This document shows positions 38,459-52,314 of a stretch of 64,000 bases of DNA, one piece after another. Source of the stretch: Trichosphaerium sp. ATCC 40318 (Eukaryota; Protista; Tubulinea); assembly GCA_038496445.1 (NCBI GenBank), contig JALMLS010000424.1, positions 62,001 to 126,000 on the forward strand, read 5' to 3'. The notes below the pieces were generated by a model that saw nothing but the letters and a program-made list of their open reading frames with translations, had not been told where the DNA came from and did not search any database. Made by a program: the position numbers and the translations under genes. Position 1 is the stretch's first letter, and each line of letters opens with the position of its first letter.

Positions 38459-39050
38459 AGGGGTTTTTGGTCGCTTTTTTTTTTGCTTTGGGGTTCTACG
38501 TTTGTAGGTCGTTAAAGTATTGGTTCGTTGTAAAAAAAAAAAGTGTTTGTATTCGGTTTAGTGTAAATAAAGATCAAGAAGACATTAAATTTACTCCTTC
38601 TTTTTATTGATTTATGTCGTGTCCTTAATCCAGAGTGTCTTTCCGTGGTGTCTCACACTTATCGATGGAAAACCAGACGTAAAGTTTCGTAAACGCGCTC
38701 AAAACCGCCGTGGATTTTAATATGGTGAGTAACAACAATTTTTATGACGCCTTGAGCAGTTTTGGTAATGGTTCCGATTCAAAAAACGTGATCACACTGT
38801 GAACCGATAAAAACCACCGCATACCTCTAGAACACGCGCGCCAAGCCGATATACTCGTAGGTTCTATAATTTGCAACTTAAACGCGCGCTTTACGCTAAT
38901 TGCAAACTCACGAAAGAATCAAACACGAGTAAAGACTTTTTGGAAGTGTTACATTTTTACTAAAAGTACAATTAAAGTTGTTTTTACAAGGTTTTTTTCT
39001 GGTGGTTTTTTTTAGCGTCTTGGCCGAAGTAGAGTTGTTCATTGGAGTTA

Positions 39051-39353
39051 TTAGTCACGCGTGGGTGGTTTGTTGCCTTTCAGCGTTTCTATTCGTTCAT
39101 CCAAAAACGCAAAAAGGGAAGTTTCTACATCTTCAAAATGCTGTCTGTAGTCGCAATCGTGTGAGCACGCGGCCATCGTGTTGAGACCAAGCTGATGACC
39201 AGTTTTTTTGTCTTGTGCCTGGAAAGTAATGCCAACGCCGGCAGCCTTCTTGCCGAAAGGTCTTGTAGTTGTAAGCTTCATTGTAGGCTTCTTTGTTGCC
39301 GATTTAAATACTTGGTTGGCGAAGTTTCGGATAGATTTAATCAAGGTGGACAT
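39051..39353 (-). CDS. Hypothetical 100-aa protein
   Basis: ATG-initiated ORF with protein-like composition and a basic, amphipathic N-terminus; no motif recognised. Confidence 0.4.
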   Translation of the reverse strand: MSTLIKSIRNFANQVFKSATKKPTMKLTTTRPFGKKAAGVGITFQAQDKKTGHQLGLNTMAACSHDCDYRQHFEDVETSLFAFLDERIETLKGNKPPTRD

Positions 39354-39859
39354 TTAGGAAGAGGTGTTTATATAGTTGAAGAAGTAGTTGATTACGGTGT
39401 TAAGTCTCAAGATTGTCAAGAATTCTTCGTTTCCACTTCTACTCAAGAAAAAAAAAGGAATTTTGGTTAACAGCCACAAGTTTATTTTAGAGGCTATAAA
39501 CGCATTCTTCAATACACCGACGCTTAATCTGGATCCTCTGCGCATGTAAAGCGTGCAAAGTCTCTTGAGAACCTAAATGAAAATTGTAGATATCTGTCTT
39601 TTTCTTCTTTTACTGCTTTCACAAGTGTTTGAAGTGCTCAGTATTGAGAATGATTCTGTTTATGAAGCGTTGCGAGCGAGGAAAACAGTTTGCCCAAACT
39701 GGTGTTACTGACGATCGAATACTCGCGACAGTAAAGGGTGTGGTGGATAGCTACATACCTCACGATAGTAACTCACATTTGTGAAGAACGCCCCCATTTT
39801 TTTTAGCTCTCTTGTACGTGTAACACCTTATCGCTGCCACATACAACATATAATCCAAG

Positions 39860-42800
39860 ATGGTACACGTTTATAACCTACGAACGCAAGCTAATCCTGT
39901 CTTAGACCTACTCGTCGAAAACGGGTATGGACGACATGGTTATGTTGTCCAAGGTATCCAATGACAGCATTCTGGATAATCTGCACAAGGTAAACATTTA
40001 AATCAGTTATCCTGCTTTCTAGCATTTCCAATTACCACGCAAGAAAGAAAGCGATATTATCGCTAGCGCTTGTCCTAAACCGAAAACTTCCAATTTGTTT
40101 TTTTGCCTTCTCTTTTTTTGACTGCTTTTTTGTAGCGCTATGACAAGGACATTATCTACACATATATCGGTCATGTGCTCATATCTATCAATCCTTTCAG
40201 AAGGCACGACGAACTCAAAATTTTACAGTTTTAGACCACCAGACATTAATGATACTAATACCATCATGTCAATAAAACGGGTGACGTCAAGAAACGCTAT
40301 CCCTCTCTTTTGAAAAAAATATTTAACGTTTTCTCGCTTTCAACTCATCTAAAACTACCCTAGAATCAAAGGATTATACGAAGACCAGGTTGTTATGGAC
40401 TATCGTGGTAAATTTCGATACGAAATGCCTCCTCACGTGTACGCACTTGGTACGACAACCCAAACCATAGTAAAGCTAGAAAAAATTTTGGTTTTTTTAA
40501 CACCAAAAATTATAGCGGACGATATGTTTAGAAACATGCTTGCTGATGAACAAAATCAATGTGTGATTATATCCGGTGAGAGGTACGAAAATACAAGTAG
40601 TTTATATAAAATCAAAAAACGACCTTTCGTATCACGTGAGAGGACACAAAAAAAAAGGAAATACATTTGGTCCACTAACCAACCTTTTTTTTAGTGGTGC
40701 CGGTAAGACTGAGGCCAGTAAACTTATTCTTCAGTATATTGCTGCTCATTCTGGATCTGGTGCTGATGTACAGCGTGTAAAGAACGTTATATTGGGTACT
40801 TGAGACGAGAACTTCCTTTTTGGACTTGTCGCATTAACTTTGTTCCTATAGACTCAAATCCACTGCTTGAAGCTTTCGGAAACGCCAAGACAATCAGAAA
40901 TAACAACTCCTCACGCTTTGTACGAGGAATCTACTAAAAATTCCCTCGGAACTAATCAACGGTTAGGGTAAATACATGGAGATCCAATTCGATCGTGGTG
41001 GTGATCCAAAAGGTGGTAGAATTACGAATTGTATCCTTATACTGTTAAATATTTTCTGTTTCGTGAATAAGATCTTCATTTTTCATTAACATCCACATAC
41101 TTGCTTGAAAAATCAAGATTGGTGTACCAACAAAAGGGAGAGAGAAACTTTCACGTATTTTACCAACTACTTGAGGGTGCTGATGGTAAACTAAAAGGTA
41201 CACTTGCGCTTTTTTTTTCTCCAATTTAGCTTTCCATTATTTATTTTTTGTTAGAGGACTTCAGACTTCAAGACGCAAGTTACTATCACTACTGTAACCA
41301 AGGAGGATCACCTAAAGTAGATACAATCGATGATAAAGAGGAATTCGCTGAGATGATGGTACAACAGTTTTTGATTCAAAAAAACATTCAACGGTTTCTC
41401 AACTTATTCTTATATGCGATTAGCAAGCTATGACTACTATGGGATTATCAAGTCAAGAACAACACGAAGTATTGCGTATAGTTGCTGGTATTTTATGGCT
41501 CGGTAAGTGAACAAACAAGCTAGAAACTGGTTTTTAATGTACGTTAGGAAACGTTACATTCCAAAACGATGCAAAAGACGCAGCTCAAATTGTGGACGCC
41601 AACGTTCTTCAAATGGCAGCCTATTTGTTCCAAATGGACCCAGAGATGATGAAAAAAGCTCTCACTCACAGGTCCGGTTCATATTGTTCCGCTTTTTTTT
41701 TTGTTGTGATTGTGCTCATCATTCTCGTTTAGAACTATTACTACTGGTGGTGGTAGAGGTGGAAGAGAATCTACTTACGCTGTACCACTTGATGTAGAAG
41801 GTGCTGTATATGCTCGCGATGCTTTTGCCAAAGCAACATACTCTCGTATGTTCAACTACCTTGTCGCCAAGATTAATGTCGCTCTGGGATTCCAAAACGT
41901 AAGCCTCACTTCACCATTGTATATTTTGTATATTAATACATAGTTAGGCAAAATACGAAATGTTGGGTATCCTCGGTACGTCTAAGAGAGTCACATACTT
42001 AAAACAAGGGAAGTTTCTCATTTTTTTCCAACTTTAGATATTTACGGTTTCGAGATTTTCGACAATAACGGGTTTGAACAAGTACGTCTTCTTCTTCTTT
42101 TATGTCCACGTGTTGTTTAATAATTTTTCTTCGTGTTTTAGCTTTGCATCAACTACGTTAATGAGAGGTTACAACAAATTTTCATCAACTTGACGTTGAA
42201 AGAAGAGCAAGAAGAATACGGTCGTGAAGGTATTCCATGGGAAGATATCGACTTTTTCAACAACAAAATTTGTTGTGATTTGATCGACGCTAAGAAGGTA
42301 ACCTTTTCACAACTACCGTGGTATATTTATACTCTATAGAACCCTATTGGTATCTTTACTTTGCTGGATGATACGTGCAACTTCCCAAAGGGCACAGATG
42401 AGAAGTTCCTTCAAAAAATGTCTGAGCGTAAGTAAATTCCTCCGATCGCTGAGATTTTTTTAATTAATTTATAGACCACGGTTCACACGCTCATTGGAAG
42501 GGTGCTGGCGCCCAGGCTTTCACTGTTAAGCACTACGCTGGTGATGTAAGCGTTATTCATTTGTAAACGACACTTACCGTTTCTACAGGTAACCTACAAC
42601 ATTAATGGATTTTGCGATAAGAACAAAGATTTATTGTACAATGATCTGGTAAACTTGGCGCTTTGCACTGGTAAGTTCTTTCCTTTTGTGTTTCAATCCT
42701 TCTAACTCTTGTATTATTTTAGAGTCAAAACTTATACCTACACTCTATCCAGAGTCTCGCCAAGCTCAAGATAAGCGCAGACCAACAACATGTAGTTTTA

Positions 42801-44812
42801 AGATAAAAGTAAGAAAATATACTAACTCACCCAAGCACTTCGACTTATCACCTGTTTAGGAATCTATCCAACAACTCGTTACAGCACTTTCTCTTTGCCA
42901 TCCGCATTATATTAGATGTATTAAACCAAATGATAAGAAACAGGGTAGTTTGTTTAACTCAACACGTACTATGCATCAAGTACGTCCTAGAATTCACGGT
43001 TTCTTTGTTTTTATTATTAACTTACAAAAAGGTGAAATACCTTGGTCTGTATGAAAACGTGCGTGTACGTCGTGCTGGATATGCTTTTAGGCAATTCTAT
43101 GATAAGTTCTATTATCGGTACGCCATTAATGATATGATCTGCTTTTGTTGTTAATAAATACTCCTAGTTACGCTATTTGTTGTGATGAGACTTGGCCTGT
43201 TGACAAATATGTTGGCAAATTTAAAGCTGTTAGTGACCACATAGTGTAAGATTTTGTTTAATCGAGTTTTAGGGCACTGAAATCATTGTCAAGTCTCTTG
43301 GACTGCCAACTGATAGCAAAAAAGCTCCTTATTCTATTGGATCCACAAAGATTTTTATTCGCGCACCTGAGACTGTATGTTTATTCACAACCTCGTTGTA
43401 ATACAGGAAGAAAAAACTCAAATATTTTAGGTCTTCTCCTTAGAGGAACTCCGTGAGAGACGTACATTTAAGTACGCCAATGCCATTCAGCAATTCTTTA
43501 TGAAGTCTATGATGGCTCGCTACCACTACAACTTGCAAATGGGTGCCAACAACAAACTTAAGGTAAGCGGCTTAACAAAAGGTGAAAAAGAGGGAAGTAT
43601 GTTAATGTTTCTCCATAGGGAAATAAGGACAGGCGTCGTAACAGTCTTGAGCGTAACTTCCTTGGAGATTACATCAACTACAGGGATAACTTCAGGCTCA
43701 AGAGTGTCGTTGGTAAACAAGCGAAAGTGATCTTTGCTGATGTTATCTGGAAATATGATCGCAAAGGAAAGAAGTTGAGACGTGTTCTTATCTTGACAGA
43801 AGACTATGTTCACCTTATTGGTATTAACAAGAACAAAGTAAAGAACAAGCAAGAGAGAAGAAAGAAACCATGGCTCGTTGAACTCACAAGAAAGCTCCAA
43901 TACGATAAAATCGGCTGTGCGTTTTTCTTTCACGTTTTGTTTTCTTTTCTTGTCTCACTTTTGTTGTAGCTGTTACGCTTAGTCAAATGGCCGATGATTT
44001 CATGCTTCTCAAAGTTCCTGGAGAGCATGATATGCTATTCCAGAATCGTAAAAAGACGGAAATTCTCGTACGTGCCAAAATTCAAGAAATATCCTTCAAA
44101 CAAACTATTAATAATAACTAACGTAGGCCCAAATCCTTCGCGTCAAACCAGGCATGTCTGTTCAGTTCAGCAATAAGTATGTCCCTCGCCTACATGATTT
44201 TTGGTCTAACAAACTACTAGGATCAACATGAACGTCAAGCAGAAGAAGAAGCTCAAACAAGTCAACTTTCAATTCGCAAGCAACCCAAGGTTCGTTTTGG
44301 AATAAATTCATTACAATCGCACGTGATTTTTCTTTTCCTAACCACGTGCTTTCGAAAATAGTGCTCCAGAAGGTGGATTCTTTAAGAAAAAGAAGATTCA
44401 AGTACCAGCTGGTATCGGTAACACTGCAGGCACGTGATATTTCTAAATAAGGCGATTGTGTTATTAATAGAACTTTTTTTTAGTGCCTAATATTCCTGAG
44501 CCTCCTGAGCCAAAAGTACAACGTACAGTCGCTAAAATAACTACTTCAGGAGCAGCACCACCAGCTACAGGTACGTTGAAGGAAAAAGTTTGGAAGAAAA
44601 ACACAGTTTTCTTTACGTCGACGTAAGTGACTTTTTTGTAACTTTTTTCAGGTCGTCCTAGTCCTGGCGGTCCTGGACCAAGAGGTGGCCCACCAAAGAG
44701 TGCAATGCCAATGCCAGGTAAGAGAGCAATGCCAAAATTCGGAGGTCCAAAAAAATTCGCGATGCCTAAGTTCGGTGGTCCTAAGAAGTTCCCAAGACCT
44801 CCAGGTCATTAA
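39860..44812 (+). CDS. MYO1: Class I myosin heavy chain (Acanthamoeba myosin-IC-like; TH1 + Gly/Pro-rich tail, no SH3)
   Basis: [64 protein letters not shown] and [14 protein letters not shown] region GRESTY. Tail ends [15 protein letters not shown]. Confidence 0.97.
41031..41098 (+). other. U12-type (minor spliceosome) intron with GT-AT termini in myosin I
   Basis: 5' GTATCCTT; branch-like TTCATTAAC at 41082-41090. Removal to ...CACAT| is what restores ITN-Y-LLEKSR. Confidence 0.8.
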
Positions 44813-46130
44813 AAAATATATGCGTTATTATTATTTCTGTTCATTTTAGAAAGATCAAATCTATTACGTGGCTTGTAGTGTAGACGAAAAAAAAAAAAAA
44901 AGAAAATAAAAAAAACTTCTCCACAATTTTGTTTGTTGATGATTACGATCGGTTTGAGATTCTTTTCGGAAAGACTGTTTCTTTTCCAATACTTACGAAT
45001 ATGAGATTGATACGAAAGTTTGTACTTACGCAGCTCAAAGTGCTTACACTCCTTCAACACCGACCAATTAGGTACGCGCGGGTCTCGTAGAGCTACTGCC
45101 TATAGCGTTAACGTCTATGCTGTACAGAGCAGTTCTTTGTTCAAGAGTCAACCTGTCTCAGAAAGACGAATAAAACACGTGGATTCTAATCGCACTTTAC
45201 GCTCACACGCTAATACATAAAGCCTGATTTGAAAACGCCAACGATCATAGGTAAGCGATATTACTCTGCAAATGTTAGACTTGGTAAACTTGTTTTAAAA
45301 AACAAACAACAATGTACTTACACCATGCAACTCCATTTCTAGAATTCACATCATTGGTTTGCTCTTCATAAAACTCCAAATACACAAACCCAAGCTTTGA
45401 GAGAACATACATGTGCTACCCAAAGTCGTTCAGCCTCGAGTGGTACTACACAACCTAAACAAGACTTACATATTTTTTGTTGTTGAAATGTTTATTTCGC
45501 TATTATAACACTTTCCTTTAGTTTCTAAAGGGAAAATGCGTAAGTGCAGCAACTCAATGAGGTTTTAGATTGTGTATGAACAGCAACTTCAAGCTAACTT
45601 GGCCAGCAGTACCTCAAGTTTGTTGCTATGTACTGAATATAACCCTACACTCCGTTTCAGTTTAGAAAAGCAAACTGCGATAGTACGCCACACAAGAGTG
45701 ACATAAGCCTAAAAGCAGTAGTAAAAAAAAAACATGGATAGGTGGCACGTGAAATAGCCGGCAGATTTCTCAACATTGGATTCTACATGTCGCAATATGT
45801 GAAATGTCAAAATAGAACACAGCGAAAATATACGAACCCGTTAGTCGGATTTACCTCTGATTATCCGAATCCTATATTGTAGATATTGTTTAATAACTTT
45901 GCATACCCAGATACTAGTATCGGGTATTAGTAAAATTAAAAGAACAGTTTGCAAGTTTTGTAGTTTTTAAATGTTGTCTTCTACAAAATGGTTGGATTAA
46001 CGGTTGTCAACACATCTATACACTATTTAAGAGAAGGACAACTATATACGTAGTTATCAGTACACAAGTATTCACTAAACTTCGGTTTCACGTGAATAGA
46101 AGTGGTTCTTTAAAAACCCAAACGCTAACT

Positions 46131-46986
46131 ATGCATTCACACCTCATAGTAATCTGTGCTCTTTTTGTTATCGTACGTTCTGAATGACCAAATGATACGT
46201 ATGTAAACGATGGTTAAAAATAGACCATAGGTATCATCAAGTCCTTGCTGTAACTATGATCCTGTTACAGATAGTTGTAGTGACGTCACGTGCACATCAC
46301 TCGGTGGTGGGCTTCCTACGACATGTAAATTGATGGATAAAAGATTGCCAAGTGCGTGATTGTTTCTTTTAGTAGTAAAAACACACTGACGTATGTTCAA
46401 TAGCTGGAGCCACCGAAAGGCGTTGCGCTTGTGTTGTAACTGATTCTACAATAGTTGGTTTTACATGTCGACATTCACCTACAGGGTGTGTTGATGCGCC
46501 TTGTCAAGCAGAAATGCACAGTTTGGGTTTCTTTGATGGTCAGTGTTGGGATACTGCTGGAGGTTGTCAATGCATTATTTGTGACGATCGACCTTGCTGT
46601 GAGCTTCTACCAACTGGTTTTTGCCATGATAACTCTTGCGCCAGCAGAGGTTCTATTACAGGCAAATCAACAACTTGTATACGTGTCAACACAGGAACGA
46701 CAACAGGTACGAGAATGCCATCAAAACCTTGATCTCTGTTCTTCTTTGCTGTTAATACCCCTCTGTAGACCCAACCCCCACTTGTATTTGCGTACCACTA
46801 GAGTCTCCTCTTAGGGAGCATACTTGTCTACCCACCCATGTAGATATGGAACCAGCGTGTACAGATTCTAGATGCTCTTTACGATTGACTTCCCTTGGGT
46901 TCCCTGACCCACATGGTTGTACTCAGACAATTGTCAATACACCACATGGCATAGACACTAAGTGCCTTTGCTCTGTTTGTCACTAG
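46131..46986 (+). CDS. Secreted Cys-rich protein with two internal repeats
   Basis: Signal peptide MHSHLIVICALFVI. Two units, each beginning PCC and ending CxCxxC (CQCIIC and CLCSVC). Stop TAG at 46984. Confidence 0.7.
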
Positions 46987-47160
46987 TCAATAAAATCATT
47001 TGTAGCCCGAGAAATGTTGTGGTTTATTGTTAACCCCCATGTACCATTTAGTGTTAGTATCAGGTGGTCAAATGTGCGCGGGAAGTGTTGAGATTTAAAA
47101 ATTTATTACAACAACAAGCCATCCACGCTTAAAGGATTATGGGGTTTTTTTTTATTGGTT

Positions 47161-50100
47161 TTACAGTATTGTGTATTGATTGTACAGTAGCTCACGTATT
47201 TTAAAGAAATCTTCATTTAGTGTACCCTCCATTTCAATCGAAACGCTTCCTTCTCCTGTTTTTCTCTTCAGTGTTACGTTATTGTTACAAGACAGAACAC
47301 CACCAGCTTGGAAACGAGTCTAGAAAAAGAGAATTAATCAAAAAAGTCACATGGAAAAATTATTTTGTTTGCTGAACGAACCTTAATGTTCTGTGACTGC
47401 AATGTCTCTCGGAAATTAGCGAATTTGATGTCACCAACAAATATAGCTCTATGACTATCAGCTTCATTTGCAATTGGTACGTTCTCAAGCATGTAAGTGT
47501 CATCTAAGGTAACGTTAATGATACACTAAAAAAACGGAGAACTGAACATCCAAGATTTTACTAAAACCACAGTGCGTGCCTTGGTGTTGAATGATGCCAT
47601 CAAAATAACCAACTTCACAGTTACCAATCTTTTTAAATGCAATATTCTTAAGCAGAGAATCTTTCAAATGAACCTAGGCTCAACCGTCAATAAGGTGTCA
47701 AAAGAAAACAAAGATCTTCTCCGTTTTCAAAAAAAATTGAAGACAAGTTTAGTACAACACTCTACAGAATAGAACACACTCGTAAAAATGAATGATGTCT
47801 TTTTGACGTACCTTGAATATATTTGTCTCTGAAGCAACATCGATATGCTCACCAAGTTTTGGTGCAAGTACTTTCTGGCAACTAGGAAGATTTTTTCCAC
47901 AGTAATCCTTCAAATCTTGAATACCTTTTTCATTACCATGAACAATAATCTACTCCACCATTAGTCTCACTATTCATATTTCATTGACAGCGAAACGACG
48001 TACCAGTTTTCTAGGCTCAACATGCTGTAAAATTTTGCGTATTGAAGCACCATAAGAACGACCTTCAAAGTTTATCATGTTTACTGTTGCGTTCACTTTA
48101 ACGGTTACATTTGTATGTAACGGCTTTGTTGGCATCTCTTCTTCTTCATCTACATCCATTGCATCATCTTTTACAACAGGTACCATAGGTAATCGTTCTT
48201 CAGTAACCATATAATCCTCAGGTCTAAGAAAAGGTAAGCATCGAAAAAATAAAGCAATAATTTTTTTCCACATGTGGAAATTTTGAAGTCTTGTTGTACC
48301 TAATGATTTCTCCGTAATCATCATATAGTGCTCTTCTTTCTATAGAAGGAAACATAGGGTATGGAATACCCTTACTAGGGTCAGGTTTTACCTTGTTCGA
48401 TAGTATATCGAAATAAAGATCATAACTCTTCCAAAGATTGTAAAGCGATGTTGTGCTCGCAATATCCTCACCTAAAAGAACGTCAATTTAGAACAAATAA
48501 TATGATACTCTTTAATTCTATGTCAAAGGGTGGACGCTTGGAAAATTATATGGTGCAGTTTGTTGGTACCTTCATAATCGTAAAGTTTCAATACTTCTTT
48601 TGCTTTACGAATTTTCTCTTCTTCAAGACGCCTTCTCTCCATTTCTTGCTTCTGCTCCTCTCGTCTCTCTTCTTGATATGCATATAATTCATCTCCTTCC
48701 AGTGGAATTCTCCTCCATACCTTCAAAAATGATGAGTATCAAAAACAAGAGAAGAAAGCGAAGTACTGTTCTTGTTTAAACAAAAGAAGCACTACCGTTT
48801 TGGTTGTTGGTCTGTGCAAAAGTTTATCATATAAATATTAGACGTACACCTATAGAAATTTCCTTTGGCCTCTCATGTAGTAATTTATGTGCAAGCGTGT
48901 TGGGTTTTGGTGGTTGTGTGAATAATATTAAATTTCTGTTATTTTCAGCGAAATTTAAAAAGATATCTCTGGCAAAGCCGACGTTTAGATTATCCATGCT
49001 CGCCAAGACAACATGTGGTCCTTGTATTTTTTTGTAATCTTCCATTGTATGACAACATTCAATATGCCTACAAAACAGAAAAAACAGCGTAAACACAAAG
49101 CGAACAAAGAGTTATTTCAAAAAAAAACTACGTACTTGAACTCGAAAGGATTTTGTCGCGTGTTATCGTAGTTCGTCATAATATTCCTACTGGTCCACTC
49201 TAACATACTACTAACAAACTCCACAACTGAATAAGATACATTATTTAAAAATACAATCTTGTACAAAGACAATCTACCGAAAAAGAAGTAAGCACAACAC
49301 CATACAGAAGGAATCAATGCTACTTACTTGTGTATTTTCCAGCTTACATCTAACAATGGTAATATTTCTAAAACGCGCCCAGCAGTATCAATAGGTATGA
49401 GAACGTTTCCATCATTCCTTAATGTACCCTGTAACATTTCTAGGCGAGTTAGATTTGTTTTGTGTTGTAATTCTTGTACTTACTAATAAATTGTTCATCT
49501 CTCGATATCCTCCTTGGTAAAGGTTTTGCATTTGCATTTGTAGCACCTGTTATTAACAGAGAAGGTCTGTGTAGTGTTTCGAGCACTGTTGGATTTAAGT
49601 GAATTTCTTTGTGATGGTTGTAATCAACAGCATAAATAATATCTTCTGTTTCTTTCTGAATACGCCATACTGTACCACCTAGTATTTTTTTATTTTAGTA
49701 CTTGTAGATACAGTATACAATTGTGGATAATACAGTATTTTGTAAAAAAAGCGAAAATTAAAAGTGACACATGACACTGTCATTTTGGAAAATGTCATGT
49801 GACACTTCCATTTGGTTTTTTTGAATAATAGCGTTTTGGAACTCTTTGACAGTTGTTTTGGCGTTAACCGCTTGTGTAATATTTAAATAACGCGGTTTTA
49901 CTATTGATTAAGGGTCCACGCGAAACGAGAGTGAAAGAAGGCAAAAAAAGGATAAAATAAAAAATGATAATAAAGAAAAAAAAGAAATTGAGCCGGATGA
50001 AGAAATGAGGCGTTTATTCAATTGTGGCACCACAATTCTGTATATACATCTAATATTCTTCAATAATGTACCTATGAGATGCCCTGCTGGGTACGGAGTA

Positions 50101-50728
50101 ATAGAAATACCAACACCTTTACCTAAAGATGAAATAAACACAAAAAGCGAAAAACTCATTTCAAGGAATATTGAAAAAATCGCAATTACCTTCCAACGCT
50201 TTCTTTTGAGAATACTTTAGTTGTTCGAAGTTATCAAATGCGTCGTCAATATGATCACGTGTGAAGCCGTTAAAGTCCTAAAACAAGCGTGGGTGAAAAA
50301 AGTTTTATTGATGATTTTTCTGGTTGGGGTTGTTGTTTTAAATTAGCGCGAGCGCGTACCTCATTATTAAGGCGAGAATGATAAGCGTCATACAAAAACA
50401 TTTGGCCCATCTTGAAAATAGGGATAGTACCATATATTGGTGCTGTGATTCCCTTTCTACCGTATAGAGCAGGTAATGCGCCTAAATGCGCCAAGTCAGG
50501 GTGTGAGATTAGAACGCAATCAACAAGCTCTGCAATGCTATTGTAAGAGGTAATTAGTATAATAGGAGAGTAATAAGCGTACTTGAGCAAATGTTCAATA
50601 TCTTCAACGTTAAAATTGTAGTCCCAGCCGCAATCCAATAGTATTCGGTAATTATCTATTTCCAAGAGATAGCTCAGTGGTCCTTCATCCTGAGCTCCAA
50701 GGATTGGAGAGAACTTTATCTGGGACAT
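47161..50728 (-). CDS. CPSF2: Cleavage and polyadenylation specificity factor subunit 2 (CPSF100)
   Basis: [78 protein letters not shown] and [10 protein letters not shown]. Confidence 0.96.
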
Positions 50729-50857
50729 TGCGCCAGAGTGTAGCTAGCACACCAAACAAGCTTCTACCCAAAACAAATTGATCAGAACGCCACAAAAGTC
50801 AAATCTTGTCAAAAGTCAAATAATTTACAATTTGTAGTTTCGGTTTTCGTGGCACCA

Positions 50858-51885
50858 ATGAATTTGCAAAGCGTTCCTATCGACGTATTGTGTTGTATAC
50901 TAGAATGTGCTTCATCTTGGCGCCTGTTGAATACTTTGGCTGTAACTTCTCGCTATTTCAACAGCGTAATACTCGACGAGCACCTAGACACGACACTATG
51001 GAAAAATACCTGCGTTGACATTATTGGGCCTTCTGACATAAAGCCAAAGTCGTATAGGAGAGCTCTATGGAGAGGTGTTGCTGTAGATCGGTTATCATTC
51101 ATATTTCTTTGGACTAAAACAAAGTGTGACATGGTTAACGGACGAGGAAAAATAGAGCGCGTCGATCATGAATTACATGTCATACACGTGCGTCTTCATT
51201 TTCTTTGTTAACATTTTACATTACATCGAAAAAAAAGGCCAAAACTCCACTCTGGATTTTGTTTTATCCCTCCTCTTAGCGCTCAAAAAGCTAGAGTTAG
51301 CAGGTGCATTGCATAGTATGCATACCACGTTACATGTTGCGAACTCAGAGTAAAAACTGAAAGGGAAAACCTTATCAAACTTGAATTGATACTTGCAACC
51401 ACTCTTGTCTTGTGTTTGTGCTGACGCTGGTTGAAACCAATTGTTACACCTATTTGTTAGGGTAATGAACTACTCACAATTTTACTTTAGTTATACAGGT
51501 CCAATGCGACGTTCGGTGATCTAGAACAAGCTGCAAGAGGAGTATTTAAAAAAGTAGAGCTACAGCCAATGTGGTCATACAAACGCTATCAGTCGCTACA
51601 CAAAGCTGGAGCTCAACCAGGCGATATATTCTTTGTAGATGTGTCCACTCATGGTTCCTACAAACTCAGTGGCTATTCAATTCGCAGCAATCTTGCAGCA
51701 ACGAAGTATGGTTGGCTAAAGACTCCAGAACTTGTAGTATTCACTATGTTGCACAAAGATAGGCTATTTCACTTGTCCTTATTGGGAAGAGCGCAATATG
51801 ATGCTACAGTATAAACCCTCCTCGATTGGGAAAGTGGGAGAGACACGAGAATATACAAACACAATGTAAACTTCACTCAAAGTAA
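50858..51885 (+). CDS. F-box protein (3' end uncertain)
   Basis: MNLQSVPIDVLCCILECASSWRLLNTLAVTSRYFNSVI...LWK F-box pattern. Downstream exon 51569-51760. Confidence 0.55.
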
Positions 51886-52314
51886 CGTACTGGCGTTTTA
51901 AGACTGATTTGCACTTTTTTTTTTTTGTTTTTTATTTTAATCAGCAAGTCAGTCTAGCGTATGTTGTTGGCATAAAACAAAGTTGACGCCATATACACCT
52001 ATTTTGGCATAGAAATATGAATAATAAAGGCACCCTTTGTTTGTGTACCTCAGGTTAACATTTTTGCAATTGTATAGTACCCCAAATGCGTCATGACGAA
52101 ATCAGTTACATTTGTACGAGAAACGTGGAAGAAGAATCCGTAAAATCGTTTGTTCGAGAATTACTAATATACAATTTCTTTCAAACGTGTGAACACAACA
52201 CCCGCGTTATACATTTATCACAGGCACTTGTACGTATTATCAACGGCGAGTATAATTAGCAACTAAAAAGTAAACCCTGTAGTAAAAGCTGTACAACACG
52301 AATTATCTCACACT

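Noticed and set aside
45000-46100. Hidden gene or ncRNA in the gap after myosin I
   Set aside because: Only a small hairpin near 45903-45927 and short ORFs; nothing I can support.
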